Source: a virus (lineage: Duplodnaviria > Caudoviricetes). From it: 57,574 nt of DNA. The stretch is taken from positions 1-57,574 of the IMG/VR virus record IMGVR_UViG_3300017788_000029; one strand, given 5' to 3'. Below, one piece after another: positions 43,861-53,323 of the stretch (within the stretch, counting starts at the first letter, position 1; the number at the start of each line of letters is the position of its first letter). The notes under the pieces are model-generated. The model was not told the origin of the DNA, did no database searches, and saw nothing but the letters and a program-made list of their open reading frames with translations. The position numbers were made by a program, and so were the translations under genes.

Positions 43861-44439
43861 CTACCGTCGCTCGGGAGCGACTCGGGCCGCCGGCTCGGTC
43901 CACGGCACGCCGATGGTCTGGAAGAATTCCCGCTCGGTCGCGCCGGGGAAGACGCGCCCGGTCTTCTCCGAGACCACACGCCCCTCCTCGACGCGCACGC
44001 CTACGCGCCGGCAGACCGTCACGAGGTGCTGGGAGTACTCCGCCGGGCCCGTGCGGATCGCGAGGATGACGCCCCACTGCGCCGGAGGTCGGACTGCGAA
44101 CACGTCGAGTCTCGCTCCCTCGGGGAGCACGACGAGGGACCAGACGCGCCGCGAGGTCCGAACGTCAGGGACGATCGGATGCGTCTCGGTCCTCCACCGG
44201 AGCTTCCCGGCCGCGACCATATCGCCGAGGAGGAGCGCGAGCCGACACTGCCCCGTCGGCTCGCCGAAGAGGTCCGTGGTGACCTCGGGCTCGGCGACGA
44301 TCTCGATGTCCTTCACCTCCGCCGCGCCTCGCCGAAGCGAGCCGGCGATGACGATCTGCTTGCACGCCGGAGCGAGCGCATCGCGCACGCGTTCGGCGAT
44401 CGGTGCGGCCTTCGCCGCCAGCATTCGGTCGAGCATCAC
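43861..44439 (-). CDS. polX: Minimal family X DNA polymerase (palm and thumb only)
   Basis: IAGSLRRGAAEVKDIEIV, RLDVF, WGVILAIRTGPAEY and TEREFFQTIGVPWTEPAAR. Confidence 0.88.
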   Translation of the reverse strand: MMLDRMLAAKAAPIAERVRDALAPACKQIVIAGSLRRGAAEVKDIEIVAEPEVTTDLFGEPTGQCRLALLLGDMVAAGKLRWRTETHPIVPDVRTSRRVWSLVVLPEGARLDVFAVRPPAQWGVILAIRTGPAEYSQHLVTVCRRVGVRVEEGRVVSEKTGRVFPGATEREFFQTIGVPWTEPAARVAPERR

Positions 44440-44557
44440 TCCTCCTTCACCGCGGCCAAGGCCGCCTCTACGACCGCGCACAGATTCCCGATCCGTGCGC
44501 GGCCTCCATGCGTTCGGTTCCATGCCTCCCGGATGCGCGCGAGCGCCTCCCGGTGCG

Positions 44558-44854
44558 TCAGCGGTCCGCCGTCGCGCCGTCCAGCACCGCCCTCGGCTTC
44601 GGCGTCGTCGCCTTCGAGTGGATCCCGTGCTTCCGGTCCATCTCCTCCCGCTTGTCGGGAGCGAGGAGGTCTCGGACCAGCAGGTAGAGGCGCAGTTGCT
44701 CCCTCGGGCTCCCGGCCAGGGCTTGCTCCAGCGAGCGCCCCATCCGGGCCCGATTCGGAGCCGAGAGTTGCCACCACCGGATCCGGAGCTTCCGCGGAGC
44801 GATCTCCATCGCCGCCGCCGCCCTTCGCGTCAGTCGGTCTCGTTTCGTGCTCAC
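44558..44854 (-). CDS. Hypothetical protein
   Basis: GTG start after AAGGAGGAG SD. Confidence 0.5.
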   Translation of the reverse strand: MSTKRDRLTRRAAAAMEIAPRKLRIRWWQLSAPNRARMGRSLEQALAGSPREQLRLYLLVRDLLAPDKREEMDRKHGIHSKATTPKPRAVLDGATADR

Positions 44855-44876
44855 CCACTCCTCCTTTTCGCGGGTC

Positions 44877-45389
44877 TCAGCCCGCGCTCCTTCGACGCCC
44901 ACGGAGCGTCACCTTCTCGCCGGCCTCGCGATCCTCGCGGAGCGCGCGCCGAGCATCCTCCTCCAGAGCAGCCGGGAAGATCGCGCGCACGGTCCCGTCC
45001 TCTTCGACGAGGATCCACGAGACGATCGGGTCGACCGTCCGGCACCGGATCGCGCGCGCCCACCGGATGGCGACCGCCGCGACCTGCACCAACTCCTCGT
45101 AGCGCGCCTCGTCTCCCTTCGCCGAGAGCGCCTCCGCGACCTCCTCCCGCAGGATGTGCTCCCACGAGACCTGTCCTCGGTCGGCCGCTCGGTCGCAGTG
45201 GTCCCGGCTGTTCGCCTCCTCGACCGCGAGCGCCTCCGCGCTCGTGTGGACGTCGGGGAAGTCCTGATCGTCGCCGAAGCCCTTGGAGCGTTGCCGGTCC
45301 CGCTCGGCGAGGACCGCGCCGATCTCGGTCGCGTCTCGGTTCAGCGCGGTGACGAGCGTCGCGATCATCTCCCGGTCGAGCGCCTTCAC
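44877..45389 (-). CDS. MazG-like nucleotide pyrophosphohydrolase
   Basis: AERDRQ...WEHILREEVAEAL...YEELVQVAAVAIRW (EExxE...ELxQxAA). Confidence 0.7.
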   Translation of the reverse strand: MKALDREMIATLVTALNRDATEIGAVLAERDRQRSKGFGDDQDFPDVHTSAEALAVEEANSRDHCDRAADRGQVSWEHILREEVAEALSAKGDEARYEELVQVAAVAIRWARAIRCRTVDPIVSWILVEEDGTVRAIFPAALEEDARRALREDREAGEKVTLRGRRRSAG

Positions 45390-45697
45390 GACCCGCTCCC
45401 GTCCGGAGCAACCCAGCCGTTCCACGCTCGGTCCACGAGGTTGCCGTCGATGGCCGCTCCGAGCGCCGCGAGCGCCTGGCCCGGCGTGTCACCCGTCCCG
45501 CAGAGGAACGGCGCGGAGTCGACCGCCGCCAGGAAGCGATCCGACGTCGCCTCATCGTCGACCGACGTCAGCGAGATCGCGATCGTCCGCTCGACGGGCA
45601 GCTGGACCTCCGGAGGGCTCGCCTCGCTCTCCGGCTCAGGGTCGGGGGGTGGCTTCGGGTGCCCCGTGTACGGGTCCCGCTCGATCTCTTCGCTCAT
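45386..45697 (-). CDS. Hypothetical protein
   Basis: GAGAAGGAGAAGG SD. Confidence 0.55.
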   Translation of the reverse strand: MSEEIERDPYTGHPKPPPDPEPESEASPPEVQLPVERTIAISLTSVDDEATSDRFLAAVDSAPFLCGTGDTPGQALAALGAAIDGNLVDRAWNGWVAPDGSGS

Positions 45698-45727
45698 CTC
45701 CGCCTTCTCCTTCTCGGGCTCTCCCGA

Positions 45728-46369
45728 TCACCACCAGCCGGTCTCGACGAGATCGACCGGGAACTTCTCGCGCGAGAAGCCGGGCTCTCGCCCGAACCGC
45801 CTCGCGAGGTGCAAGACCTCGAACTCGTGCCGCGGGGTGCCGTCCTTCCCCTCCTCGGCGTCGATGAACGAGGGTCGAGCGCGCAGGATGCGCTCCCTCA
45901 GCAGCGAGCACTCCGAGAACAGCCGCGCGCGGTCGGTCGAGCCGTGCCGGAACGCCGAGCGGACGATCGCGATGACCTGCTTCGAGACCACCGACGCGCC
46001 CTCGACGTGATCGGAGTCTTGGCCGTCGTCGTAGGGCGGGTTCATCACGGCAAGGTCAAAGGGCGGTTCCGTTGGTCCGCCGTCCTCGTAGAGATCCTCG
46101 ACCCACGAGAGGAAGTCTCGGTGGATGACGCGGAGGCCCGGCCACGCGCGCCGGAGGTGCTTCACGCGCCCCGAGTGAAGCTCGACCGCGGTGATCGAGG
46201 AGACCGGAACGCCGAGGTCCACGAGCGCCTCGACCAGCGCGCCCTCTCCGGCGCTCGGTTCGAGGATGCGGAGCTTCGACAGGTCTACGTCGGGGAATGC
46301 CTCCAACGCGAAGGTGGCGGTCCGCTTCGCGAGGACCGGATCCGTGAGCCAGGGAGCGAGCTTACTCAC
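45728..46369 (-). CDS. N6-adenine DNA methyltransferase (small, gamma-type motif order)
   Basis: ILEPSAGEG motif I, VEL, DFL, AVMNPPY motif IV. Confidence 0.85.
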   Translation of the reverse strand: MSKLAPWLTDPVLAKRTATFALEAFPDVDLSKLRILEPSAGEGALVEALVDLGVPVSSITAVELHSGRVKHLRRAWPGLRVIHRDFLSWVEDLYEDGGPTEPPFDLAVMNPPYDDGQDSDHVEGASVVSKQVIAIVRSAFRHGSTDRARLFSECSLLRERILRARPSFIDAEEGKDGTPRHEFEVLHLARRFGREPGFSREKFPVDLVETGWW

Positions 46370-46589
46370 CGAGAGCCTCCTTCAAGCGGTCGATCAGACC
46401 GCCGATGTCGCGGAGCGTCATCGTCACGAGCCAGCCGTCGATCGACTTCCCGAGCCGCTCGCGAGGAGCGCCCCACCGCTGCACATGCCTCTCGTCGATC
46501 CGCGAGAAGCCGGGCTCGGCCCGCTCCGGGAGCGAGAAGGCGTAGCGGACCTGGGCCTTGGTCGCCCGGTCGAACGTTCCGCCGCTCAT
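46362..46589 (-). CDS. Hypothetical protein
   Basis: Translationally coupled chain. Confidence 0.5.
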   Translation of the reverse strand: MSGGTFDRATKAQVRYAFSLPERAEPGFSRIDERHVQRWGAPRERLGKSIDGWLVTMTLRDIGGLIDRLKEALGE

Positions 46590-46933
46590 CGCGTCACCTC
46601 GGCCCGGATCCGGTCGACCTTCGTCCGGAGCGAGATGACCTCGTTCCGGAGCGAGACGTTCTCCGCCTCGATCGTGTCGAGCCGCGCGTGGAGAGCACGC
46701 GCAGCCGCGAGGAGGGTCTGCATCGGGTTCGGTGCCTTCCGAAGCGACTCCGGAGGGACACCGAGAACCTCGGCGAGCCGCTCGCGGTCATGGAGCGCGT
46801 CAGCGAGCCGCGAGATCGCGACGTCGGCCGCCGTGCGAGACGACTCCAGCGCCTTCGCCAACCCCGCGTTCGTCCTCCTCAGTTGGACGCTCTCATCGCA
46901 CCCGCATCTCTCGATCTCGTCGTCGTCGCTCAC
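46586..46933 (-). CDS. Coiled-coil hypothetical protein
   Basis: Coupled chain; heptad pattern. Confidence 0.55.
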   Translation of the reverse strand: MSDDDEIERCGCDESVQLRRTNAGLAKALESSRTAADVAISRLADALHDRERLAEVLGVPPESLRKAPNPMQTLLAAARALHARLDTIEAENVSLRNEVISLRTKVDRIRAEVTR

Positions 46934-47211
46934 CGTTTCCTCCTGCCTTGGTTCTCGAAGAGGTCGGCCTCGGCCGCTCGCTTCGCTCGCTTCGCGCCCT
47001 TCGCTCTCTCAGGGACGGGCACCGTCGGTGCCGGTCTCGCTCGGGGCTGCGTCCCCTTGCGCTCTCCTCCGCTCCAGACGAACCGGAGCCGCTTCCCGTC
47101 GTGGCTCTCGTAGACCTCCTCGATCTTCCTCTCGGGAAAGGCCTCCGCGCACCACTCGACCAGCCACCGAGGCGGAGGGTCGACGAGCACGAAGCCGTTC
47201 GGGATCGGCAT
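46930..47211 (-). CDS. Hypothetical protein
   Basis: TGATG coupling. Confidence 0.5.
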   Translation of the reverse strand: MPIPNGFVLVDPPPRWLVEWCAEAFPERKIEEVYESHDGKRLRFVWSGGERKGTQPRARPAPTVPVPERAKGAKRAKRAAEADLFENQGRRKR

Positions 47212-47579
47212 CAGTCGAGGTTGTCGACGAAGATCCGCGCGCGCCGCCGCACGTCGTCGAGCCGCGCCTGCGCCTGGTCTCGGGCCTCCCTCGTCGTCGC
47301 CACCTCTCGCTCCTCGATCGCGTCCACGATCTCGGCGAGCACGACCGTCGCCGTGTCCTCGTCGCCGAGGCTCGCTCGGTGGTAGTTGAGCGCCTGGATC
47401 GCCGCCCGGAGCGCACCCGCCTCCTGGGCGTCGTACTCTCGGGTCGTCGACTTCCGGCCGGGATCGTCCGACTTCGCGCGCCGCGCGAGATAGTCCGCGC
47501 GCCGCTCCAGTGTCGCGATCTTCGAGTTGAGGTTCTCGATCACCGGGCCGCCCACTCCTCGCGGTCTCTCTTCGCCCAT
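47211..47579 (-). CDS. Hypothetical helical protein
   Basis: Start reassigned to MGEERP after GAGGAGAAGG. Confidence 0.55.
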   Translation of the reverse strand: MGEERPRGVGGPVIENLNSKIATLERRADYLARRAKSDDPGRKSTTREYDAQEAGALRAAIQALNYHRASLGDEDTATVVLAEIVDAIEEREVATTREARDQAQARLDDVRRRARIFVDNLD

Positions 47580-47648
47580 TGGGGCCTTCTCCTCTCCGAC
47601 GCCGATGCGTCGAGTCACATAGTGCGCCACGTCATCCCTCGTCGCAAC
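47580..47648 (-). promoter_or_regulatory. Degenerate promoter-hairpin-SD cassette (copy 8)
   Basis: TTGCGA-N17-CACTAT; CGACGC-ATCG-GCGTCG; GAGAGGAGAAGG. Confidence 0.5.
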
Positions 47649-48228
47649 GGCGAATCCACGCGACGAGAAGCCGGACCTGCTCGCGGAGGAACCGCTCGGT
47701 GGTCTCGGCCCTCGTTGAGTCTCCCTCCACCACGTGCTCGGCGTGCCATCGGTCGTGGCATCGCCGGCAGAGGGGGACCGTTCGGTAGTCGTCGGTCTTC
47801 TGGCCCATGCCTCGGCGACCGAAGTGGTGGGGGTCGCTCGGGCCCGGAGCGGAGCACGCGCAGCACGGCTGCTGCCGAACGAACCGGAGGTAGGGTTCGC
47901 TCCTCGCCGGAGCCGGAGGCTTGGGCTGCTCGACGAGCCGCGCCGTCACCGCGCGCGCGACTGCGATGCGCTCCGAGACCGAGCGGACCTCCGGAGACGT
48001 CACGCGCGCCTCGACAGCGAGCCGCTCGGCCTCTCCGGAGACGTCGGCCGGGGGTTCGCGATCGGGAGCGTCAAGCGGCCGGACGTGCCTCGGAGGGCAG
48101 ACCGAACGCTTCCCGCGCACGTCGACCTCGACGCGCCCGCGGTCGTGGATCGCGATCACGCGCCCGCGGACCCAGCCGCCCAGACCCTTGCTCGGCTTGC
48201 ACTCGACCGTCTGACCGACCTCGATCAC
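47632..48228 (-). CDS. DUF968-like HNH nuclease with an N-terminal SH3/Tudor-like domain
   Basis: YLRFVRQQPCCAC...DPHH...GMGQKTDDYRTVPLCRRCH. Confidence 0.8.
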   Translation of the reverse strand: MIEVGQTVECKPSKGLGGWVRGRVIAIHDRGRVEVDVRGKRSVCPPRHVRPLDAPDREPPADVSGEAERLAVEARVTSPEVRSVSERIAVARAVTARLVEQPKPPAPARSEPYLRFVRQQPCCACSAPGPSDPHHFGRRGMGQKTDDYRTVPLCRRCHDRWHAEHVVEGDSTRAETTERFLREQVRLLVAWIRRCDEG

Positions 48229-48611
48229 CCGTCCCTGCCTTCCAGGAGCCCTTCGCGCTCCTCCGCTCTCGCCTGCTCCGACACGACCTCGATCGCGAGG
48301 TCGAGCGTCTCGTGGTCCACGCCGGCTTCGAGCCGATGGTAGGCGTCGTGGGCGTCGGAGACGCCCGCCACGCGCGCCTCCTCAACGACCGCGCAGAGGG
48401 CACGGAAGTCGTGCGACATCGCCTCCGACCACGGGGCGAGCATCGCCGCGATCTCGGTCGGGAACATCTGCTCGGGCCTCCGGCTCTCACGGCTCGCGAG
48501 GAGCCGCGCGTAGGTCGCCCGGACGATCCTCCAGATCGTGACCTTCCGTTGCTCGGCGGGAGGAAGCTCCTCGTCGCCGGCTTCGAGCTTCTCGATCTCG
48601 TCCTGCGTCAT
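48225..48611 (-). CDS. Hypothetical protein
   Basis: ATGA overlap; MTQDEIEKLEAG... Confidence 0.55.
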   Translation of the reverse strand: MTQDEIEKLEAGDEELPPAEQRKVTIWRIVRATYARLLASRESRRPEQMFPTEIAAMLAPWSEAMSHDFRALCAVVEEARVAGVSDAHDAYHRLEAGVDHETLDLAIEVVSEQARAEEREGLLEGRDG

Positions 48612-49264
48612 GGCTCGATCCAGAAGGAGTTGTCGGTGCGCCCGCACGAGACCTCGACCCAACCCGCGCGCGCCGCGCGCTCGTGGTCGTTGCACCTCCA
48701 CTCGCCGGCCCGCTCGTGGCCGGGAGGGAAGCGACCGCAGCCCCAATGGAGCGGTGGGACCGTGCATCGGTGCGTGACCTGCCCGGCGAGGACCGCGCGC
48801 GCGTGCTCGACGACCGCAAGCCACGCCTCCCGTCGGCTCTCCCACGGGACTCCCGCACGCCAGCACCGAGGCTCGCTCCCGCTCTCGTCGAGCCACGCGA
48901 CGTCGCAGGCCGGGTCGGTGCGCGTCCGGTCGAACGCGCGCCCGCGCGAGTATGCGAACACCGCCCGCGCGACCGAGACCGGCTCCGAGCGCCCGCGCGA
49001 GAGGGAGAGCCGCACCCGCTCGATCACCGCGTAGATGGCTGGGCAGTCGTCGCCGTGGTCCCACCACGCGCGCGCGCCTCGACCTCGGCGCGGAGGGAAG
49101 CCAGCCTCGTGACGGCAGATGCGTGCGAGCGCGAGCACGTCCGAGACGCCCTCCGTTTCCGGCGGGGCCTGCGCCGCTGCCGGACCGCACTCGTTAGCGG
49201 CCACCGCGACGAGGAGGAGAAGCGCGACGCACGCCGCGAGCATGAGATCATCCGAGCGAACCAC
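48608..49264 (-). CDS. Secreted or anchored SleB/Hydrolase_2-like cell wall hydrolase
   Basis: Hydrophobic signal (LAACVALLLLVAVAA); LALARICRHEAG...AIYAVIERV; C-terminal CGRTDNSFW; many Cys. Confidence 0.55.
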   Translation of the reverse strand: MVRSDDLMLAACVALLLLVAVAANECGPAAAQAPPETEGVSDVLALARICRHEAGFPPRRGRGARAWWDHGDDCPAIYAVIERVRLSLSRGRSEPVSVARAVFAYSRGRAFDRTRTDPACDVAWLDESGSEPRCWRAGVPWESRREAWLAVVEHARAVLAGQVTHRCTVPPLHWGCGRFPPGHERAGEWRCNDHERAARAGWVEVSCGRTDNSFWIEP

Positions 49265-49267
49265 GAG

Positions 49268-49882
49268 TTACCTCCGAAGAACACGGACGCCCCGAGGGGC
49301 AGTGGCCCACCATGTCGCGATGCCCCAGGCGTCGCAAAACGCGGACCTTCTCTCGACAGACTGGCCGTCTCCGATCGGCCGCGCGTCGAGACGCCGCATC
49401 GCGAGGTCGGCCGCGTCGATCGCCTGCCGCTTTCGCTCGTCCCGAGCCGCCGCGGTCGAGAGGTCCAGCGACCACTCCTGCCACGTCGCCGGAGGGACGT
49501 GGACGAGGTGCATCGGGATGCCCGCGTGCGCCGCGATCGCCCCGATCGCGAGACCGCACGCGCGCGCCGTCGTGAGGGAGGACGGCTGTCGGACGTTGAG
49601 GTAGCCGGCCTCGGCGACGATCGCCGCCGCGTCAACCTCGGCCGCCGCCTGCCCCAGCCGGAAGAGGGCGTTCTCGTCGGTGAGGAACTCCGCGAGGTAG
49701 GGCACGACCGGCCACCGCTTCCACGGCCGGATGACGAGCGCCGCGCCCGAGACTCCGCCGTCGATCGCGACGAAGCCACGCCCGTAGAGCGTCTCCCGGA
49801 GCGGGTTCACGCCCTCGGTGTCCTCCGACCTCCACGCTCGCTCCGAGGCGAGCAGGCCGGCCCATCGCGTCGTCGTCGTCAT
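49268..49882 (-). CDS. RuvC-like Holliday junction resolvase
   Basis: VAIDGG, IVAE, VPPATWQ and CDAWGIA acidic motifs. Confidence 0.75.
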   Translation of the reverse strand: MTTTTRWAGLLASERAWRSEDTEGVNPLRETLYGRGFVAIDGGVSGAALVIRPWKRWPVVPYLAEFLTDENALFRLGQAAAEVDAAAIVAEAGYLNVRQPSSLTTARACGLAIGAIAAHAGIPMHLVHVPPATWQEWSLDLSTAAARDERKRQAIDAADLAMRRLDARPIGDGQSVERRSAFCDAWGIATWWATAPRGVRVLRR

Positions 49883-50535
49883 CCGAACACGTCCTCCCAC
49901 TCGACCTGCTCCGAGCCCGGATCGGCCTCGTTGTGCTCCTCGCCTCGCGTCACGGCGAAGCGACCTCGGCGGACCGCGAACGAGCAGAGATCCCACCTGG
50001 CCACCAACTCGACGAGCCGGTGATTCCCGAACCCGCACACGTACTCCGGCGGGATCGGCGGGATCGTGAGCCCGTAGTTCCGCCGGATGAAGGCCGAGAC
50101 CTCCTCGATGCCCGAGCGAACCTCCGGCCTCCCCTCGTCGCCTCGCTGGTAGAGCGTGATCGTCCAGATGAGCATCCGGAGCCGCTCGGCCGCCTCGTAC
50201 TCACTCCGCTCGACCGCGTAGCGCCACCGAGCGACGACCGACGCCAGCTTCTTGTCGATCATCGACGCCGTGTCCGTCGACGTCTTCTGGAGGAGGTCCA
50301 CCACCTCCTCGTCGGTGCTCGGGATCATCGCCGGCCGATCGGGAGCGGTCGGCCGGAGGAGGTTCTGGTTCATCCCTCTCCGGATGTCCTCCGCCATCAG
50401 GAACCCGTTCTGCACGGGGTCGTCGGTCGTCGCTCCGATCTTCCTCGTCCACGGCGAGATCGCCGCGAGCTTCGACTCCAGGTCAGCGAGCGCGCCTTGC
50501 ATCGGCGAGCTTCCGGTTCGCGGCGTTGTAGGCAT
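49879..50535 (-). CDS. Hypothetical replication-region protein
   Basis: Overlaps the initiator gene; GAGGAG SD. Confidence 0.55.
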   Translation of the reverse strand: MPTTPRTGSSPMQGALADLESKLAAISPWTRKIGATTDDPVQNGFLMAEDIRRGMNQNLLRPTAPDRPAMIPSTDEEVVDLLQKTSTDTASMIDKKLASVVARWRYAVERSEYEAAERLRMLIWTITLYQRGDEGRPEVRSGIEEVSAFIRRNYGLTIPPIPPEYVCGFGNHRLVELVARWDLCSFAVRRGRFAVTRGEEHNEADPGSEQVEWEDVFG

Positions 50536-51097
50536 CGGTGTCTCCTCGGTCCATTGCGGCCATAGCTTCGGCCTCCAGCTGGTCTATCTCGGCCCGCTTC
50601 GCCTCACTCATCCCGGTCGGGAGCGGGTTCCTCTCCTCGCGACCCATCGCCGCGAACTGCTCCAGCTTCGAGCCGTTCCGGAGGATCAGGGTCAGGTCGT
50701 CGTAGCGCGTCCCGGTCTCGTTGGAGCCGGTGTGGTGCGGGCTCGACGCGCACCCGCGTATCGCTCTCCGGATGGTCTCCTCGGAGTATCCGTCGGCGAG
50801 CCGAGCCCGGATCTTCGCGGTCCTCTCGGGCGTGAGCTTGGCCGTCGGGTGGTCCAGCTGCGTGCGCCAGTAGGCAAAGATTCGGTCCACGACCTCCCGA
50901 TCGTCGGGAGCCTTCTCCGGCTCGGAGAAGCCGGGTAGCGGTGCCTGCGAGCCAGGCGGGTCAACCCGATCGGCGAGACGTCGAAGCTCCGCCGCCATCC
51001 CTCGCCCGTCGAGACTTCCGTTCGCGACGTGGACGAGCAGTTGGGCGATCGCCTCGATCGCGCGCGCGCGACCGTCTTTCTGGTCCTTCTCCTTCAC
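50483..51097 (-). CDS. Phage replication initiator-like protein (Phg_2220_C-like)
   Basis: IFAYW...LTPERTAKIRARLADGYSEETIRRAI...LILRNGSKLEQF. Confidence 0.65.
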   Translation of the reverse strand: MKEKDQKDGRARAIEAIAQLLVHVANGSLDGRGMAAELRRLADRVDPPGSQAPLPGFSEPEKAPDDREVVDRIFAYWRTQLDHPTAKLTPERTAKIRARLADGYSEETIRRAIRGCASSPHHTGSNETGTRYDDLTLILRNGSKLEQFAAMGREERNPLPTGMSEAKRAEIDQLEAEAMAAMDRGDTDAYNAANRKLADARRAR

Positions 51098-51122
51098 CGA
51101 GGTCTCGTCCCTCTGCGTCCGC

Positions 51123-51163
51123 TCGGGGCCCGCGCTGCGTGGGTTCGCAGCCCGCGGGCCCCG
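51123..51163 (-). terminator. GC-rich hairpin between the SSB and initiator genes
   Basis: CGGGGCCCGCG...CGCGGGCCCCG inverted repeat; no U tract. Confidence 0.4.
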
Positions 51164-51181
51164 AGGCAAGCCCGCGCTCGA

Positions 51182-51844
51182 TCAGAACGGGATGTCGTCG
51201 TCATCGCGACGTCGGCCGCCGCCTCCTCCGCCGTCGTCGAAGTCGTCGTGGCTGCGTCGACCTCGGGAGGGAGAAGCATCGTGGTCGTCGGGGCCCGGAT
51301 CGTCCGGGTCGCCCTCGTAGGAGTCGCCGAGCGCCGAGTCGTGCGTGGCGCTCCGAGCGGCGTTCTCCTCCATCCGCTCCTCGAACCACGCCACCGCCGA
51401 CTTCCGCTGCTCGTCGGTCATGTCCTCCCATCGGTCGATGTCGTTCCTCGTCTGCTCCTCGCCGCGGTAGGTCTCGCGCTTCGCGGTGATCTTCGCGAGG
51501 AACGGACGGAACATGAACCGCTTCCGGATCTCCTTGTCGCTCGTCTCGTCGATCGGGTCCTCGTTCCCGACCGCGTGGCAGTAGGCCGCGAACCGCGCCG
51601 CCGCCATCGGCTTGCGGAAGTTGAGGCTGACGAACGTGAAGAACCCCCTCCCCTTCGCCGGGCCCCAGACGCACTCGAACTTGGCGCGGATCATCTGTCC
51701 GCCGTCGGAGGCTTTCTGCCGTTTGAACCACGTCATCGCGATCATCGCGACGCCCGCCGGCATCGGGCGGAGGTCTCCGCCGCCGCCCCCACTCGGAAGC
51801 TCGCCCTTAGTCTTCTCTCGGTACTTTCCGGGATTGAACGTCAT
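51182..51844 (-). CDS. ssb: Single-stranded DNA-binding protein (DUF669-like OB fold)
   Basis: OB-like core plus acidic tail ending DDDDIPF; next to the Sak4-like ATPase. Confidence 0.8.
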   Translation of the reverse strand: MTFNPGKYREKTKGELPSGGGGGDLRPMPAGVAMIAMTWFKRQKASDGGQMIRAKFECVWGPAKGRGFFTFVSLNFRKPMAAARFAAYCHAVGNEDPIDETSDKEIRKRFMFRPFLAKITAKRETYRGEEQTRNDIDRWEDMTDEQRKSAVAWFEERMEENAARSATHDSALGDSYEGDPDDPGPDDHDASPSRGRRSHDDFDDGGGGGGRRRDDDDIPF

Positions 51845-51845
51845 C

Positions 51846-52892
51846 TCACACCCCCTCCTCGCGCCCGCGGCGCGACTTCTTCGTGGCCGGCTTCTCCTCG
51901 GTCGCCTCGGTCTCGGGAGTCGTCTCGGCCGGAGCCGGACCGTCGACCGCCGGATCGTGCGTGGGCTCCGGAGCGGGCTCGGGCATCGGCGGAGCAGCCG
52001 CCGGAGCGGGCTCGGCCGCCGGAGCGGGCTCGGGCGTCCCCTCGGAGCCCGGCACGAACTCGGGAGCCTCCGGAGCGGTCGAGAGCCCCTCGAACACGCG
52101 CCCGATCCAGTTGCCGAAGTCGGGCACCTCGCGGTCTCGGAGGGGGCGGAGCGGCTTCGTCACCATGTAGCCCGGCCCATAGGTCAGGACGCCGAACTCG
52201 TAGACCACCTGGCCGTCGCGACGCTCGATCTCGTCGTTCTTCGCGCGCTTCACCCGCCGGTAGGTCACGCCGACGACGTTCACTGCCGCCGAGGCGACTC
52301 CGCGCAGACCCTTGGTCGCGAGTTGGGGCCCGACCTTCGCGCTCTCCTCGTCGTCGTCGTCCTCCTTCCGATCGTCGGCGAGGAGCGCGAGGAAGAGGGT
52401 GTGCATCGGGAGGTCGCGGAAGAGGCGCACGAACTTCTCGCACCGATCGATGAGGACGCCCCAGTACCTCTCGGGGAGGACCGGGAGCCCGTCCTTGCCG
52501 TTCTTCGGCGGGGACTGCTGCTGCACCTCGTCGGCGAAGATCTTCATCGCGTCGGTGATCGAGTCGACGACGCAGGTCTTCGGCCACCAACCGGGGAAGC
52601 GGACGATCTCGTTGCCGTCCCGGTCGCGAACCACGAAGTCCTTGGCGGGAGGCATCCGGAGCGTCCGGAGGACGTCGCGGTAGTCCTGCGCCGTCCGCAT
52701 CAGGAGCGTCCTCGGCGTCGGGATCCCCAGCCGAGCCGCCGCGTGCCGGATGTGGGTCATCCCCTGGCGCTCGCTGAGGAGGATCAGCGGCTCGGGAGCC
52801 GTGACGCCGATGCTCGTCTTCCCGGTGCCGGGGTTGCCGTAGATGAGGGCTTTCAGGAGCCTCTCCTCGGGCCTGTCGTCGATCCGTTCCAT
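51846..52892 (-). CDS. Sak4-like AAA_24 ATPase (single-strand annealing recombinase)
   Basis: ALIYGNPGTGKT, VVDSITD, YWG and FRDLPMHTLFLA; SSB and exonuclease nearby. Confidence 0.8.
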   Translation of the reverse strand: MERIDDRPEERLLKALIYGNPGTGKTSIGVTAPEPLILLSERQGMTHIRHAAARLGIPTPRTLLMRTAQDYRDVLRTLRMPPAKDFVVRDRDGNEIVRFPGWWPKTCVVDSITDAMKIFADEVQQQSPPKNGKDGLPVLPERYWGVLIDRCEKFVRLFRDLPMHTLFLALLADDRKEDDDDEESAKVGPQLATKGLRGVASAAVNVVGVTYRRVKRAKNDEIERRDGQVVYEFGVLTYGPGYMVTKPLRPLRDREVPDFGNWIGRVFEGLSTAPEAPEFVPGSEGTPEPAPAAEPAPAAAPPMPEPAPEPTHDPAVDGPAPAETTPETEATEEKPATKKSRRGREEGV

Positions 52893-53008
52893 CTCGTCCG
52901 TTCCTTTCGTCGGGAGGCGTTCGCTTGCCTCCTCGGGGTCCCGTCGAAGAACCCGAGCCGAGCGCGAGCGGGAGGCTCACGCGCGGCTCGCGCCCTTCGG
53001 CGCGACGC

Positions 53009-53323
53009 TCAGATCGCGATCGCCGCGGACGAGGGCACCCACCCGTGTCCGTAGGTCTCGGCGGGAGGGTACACCGCGTGCTCCAGCTGCATCCGGGGCT
53101 CGGGGTTGCCGCGCCGGATCATCTCCGAGCGCCACTCGCCCGCGAGCTTGCGGGCCTGCTCCTCGGTCGGCTCGGAGTAGATCGCGCGCCCGTTGGAGAA
53201 CACCCACCACGCCTTCGGAGGCTCGTAGCTCCCGACGAGCGCGTAGGCCGTCTCGCACATCGCGCCGGTCTCGCCGCCGCACTCCTCGTCGCCGCAGTAG
53301 GGGCAGATCGCTCGCTCGCTCAT
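53009..53323 (-). CDS. Hypothetical protein (CxxC)
   Basis: First gene after cassette 6. Confidence 0.6.
   Translation of the reverse strand: MSERAICPYCGDEECGGETGAMCETAYALVGSYEPPKAWWVFSNGRAIYSEPTEEQARKLAGEWRSEMIRRGNPEPRMQLEHAVYPPAETYGHGWVPSSAAIAI

Noticed and set aside
44436-44858. 140-aa ORF upstream of Pol X
   Set aside because: Only the last ~40 codons look protein-like (LTHREALARI...) and lack a clear start; the rest overlaps a better ORF. A microgene is possible but unsupported.
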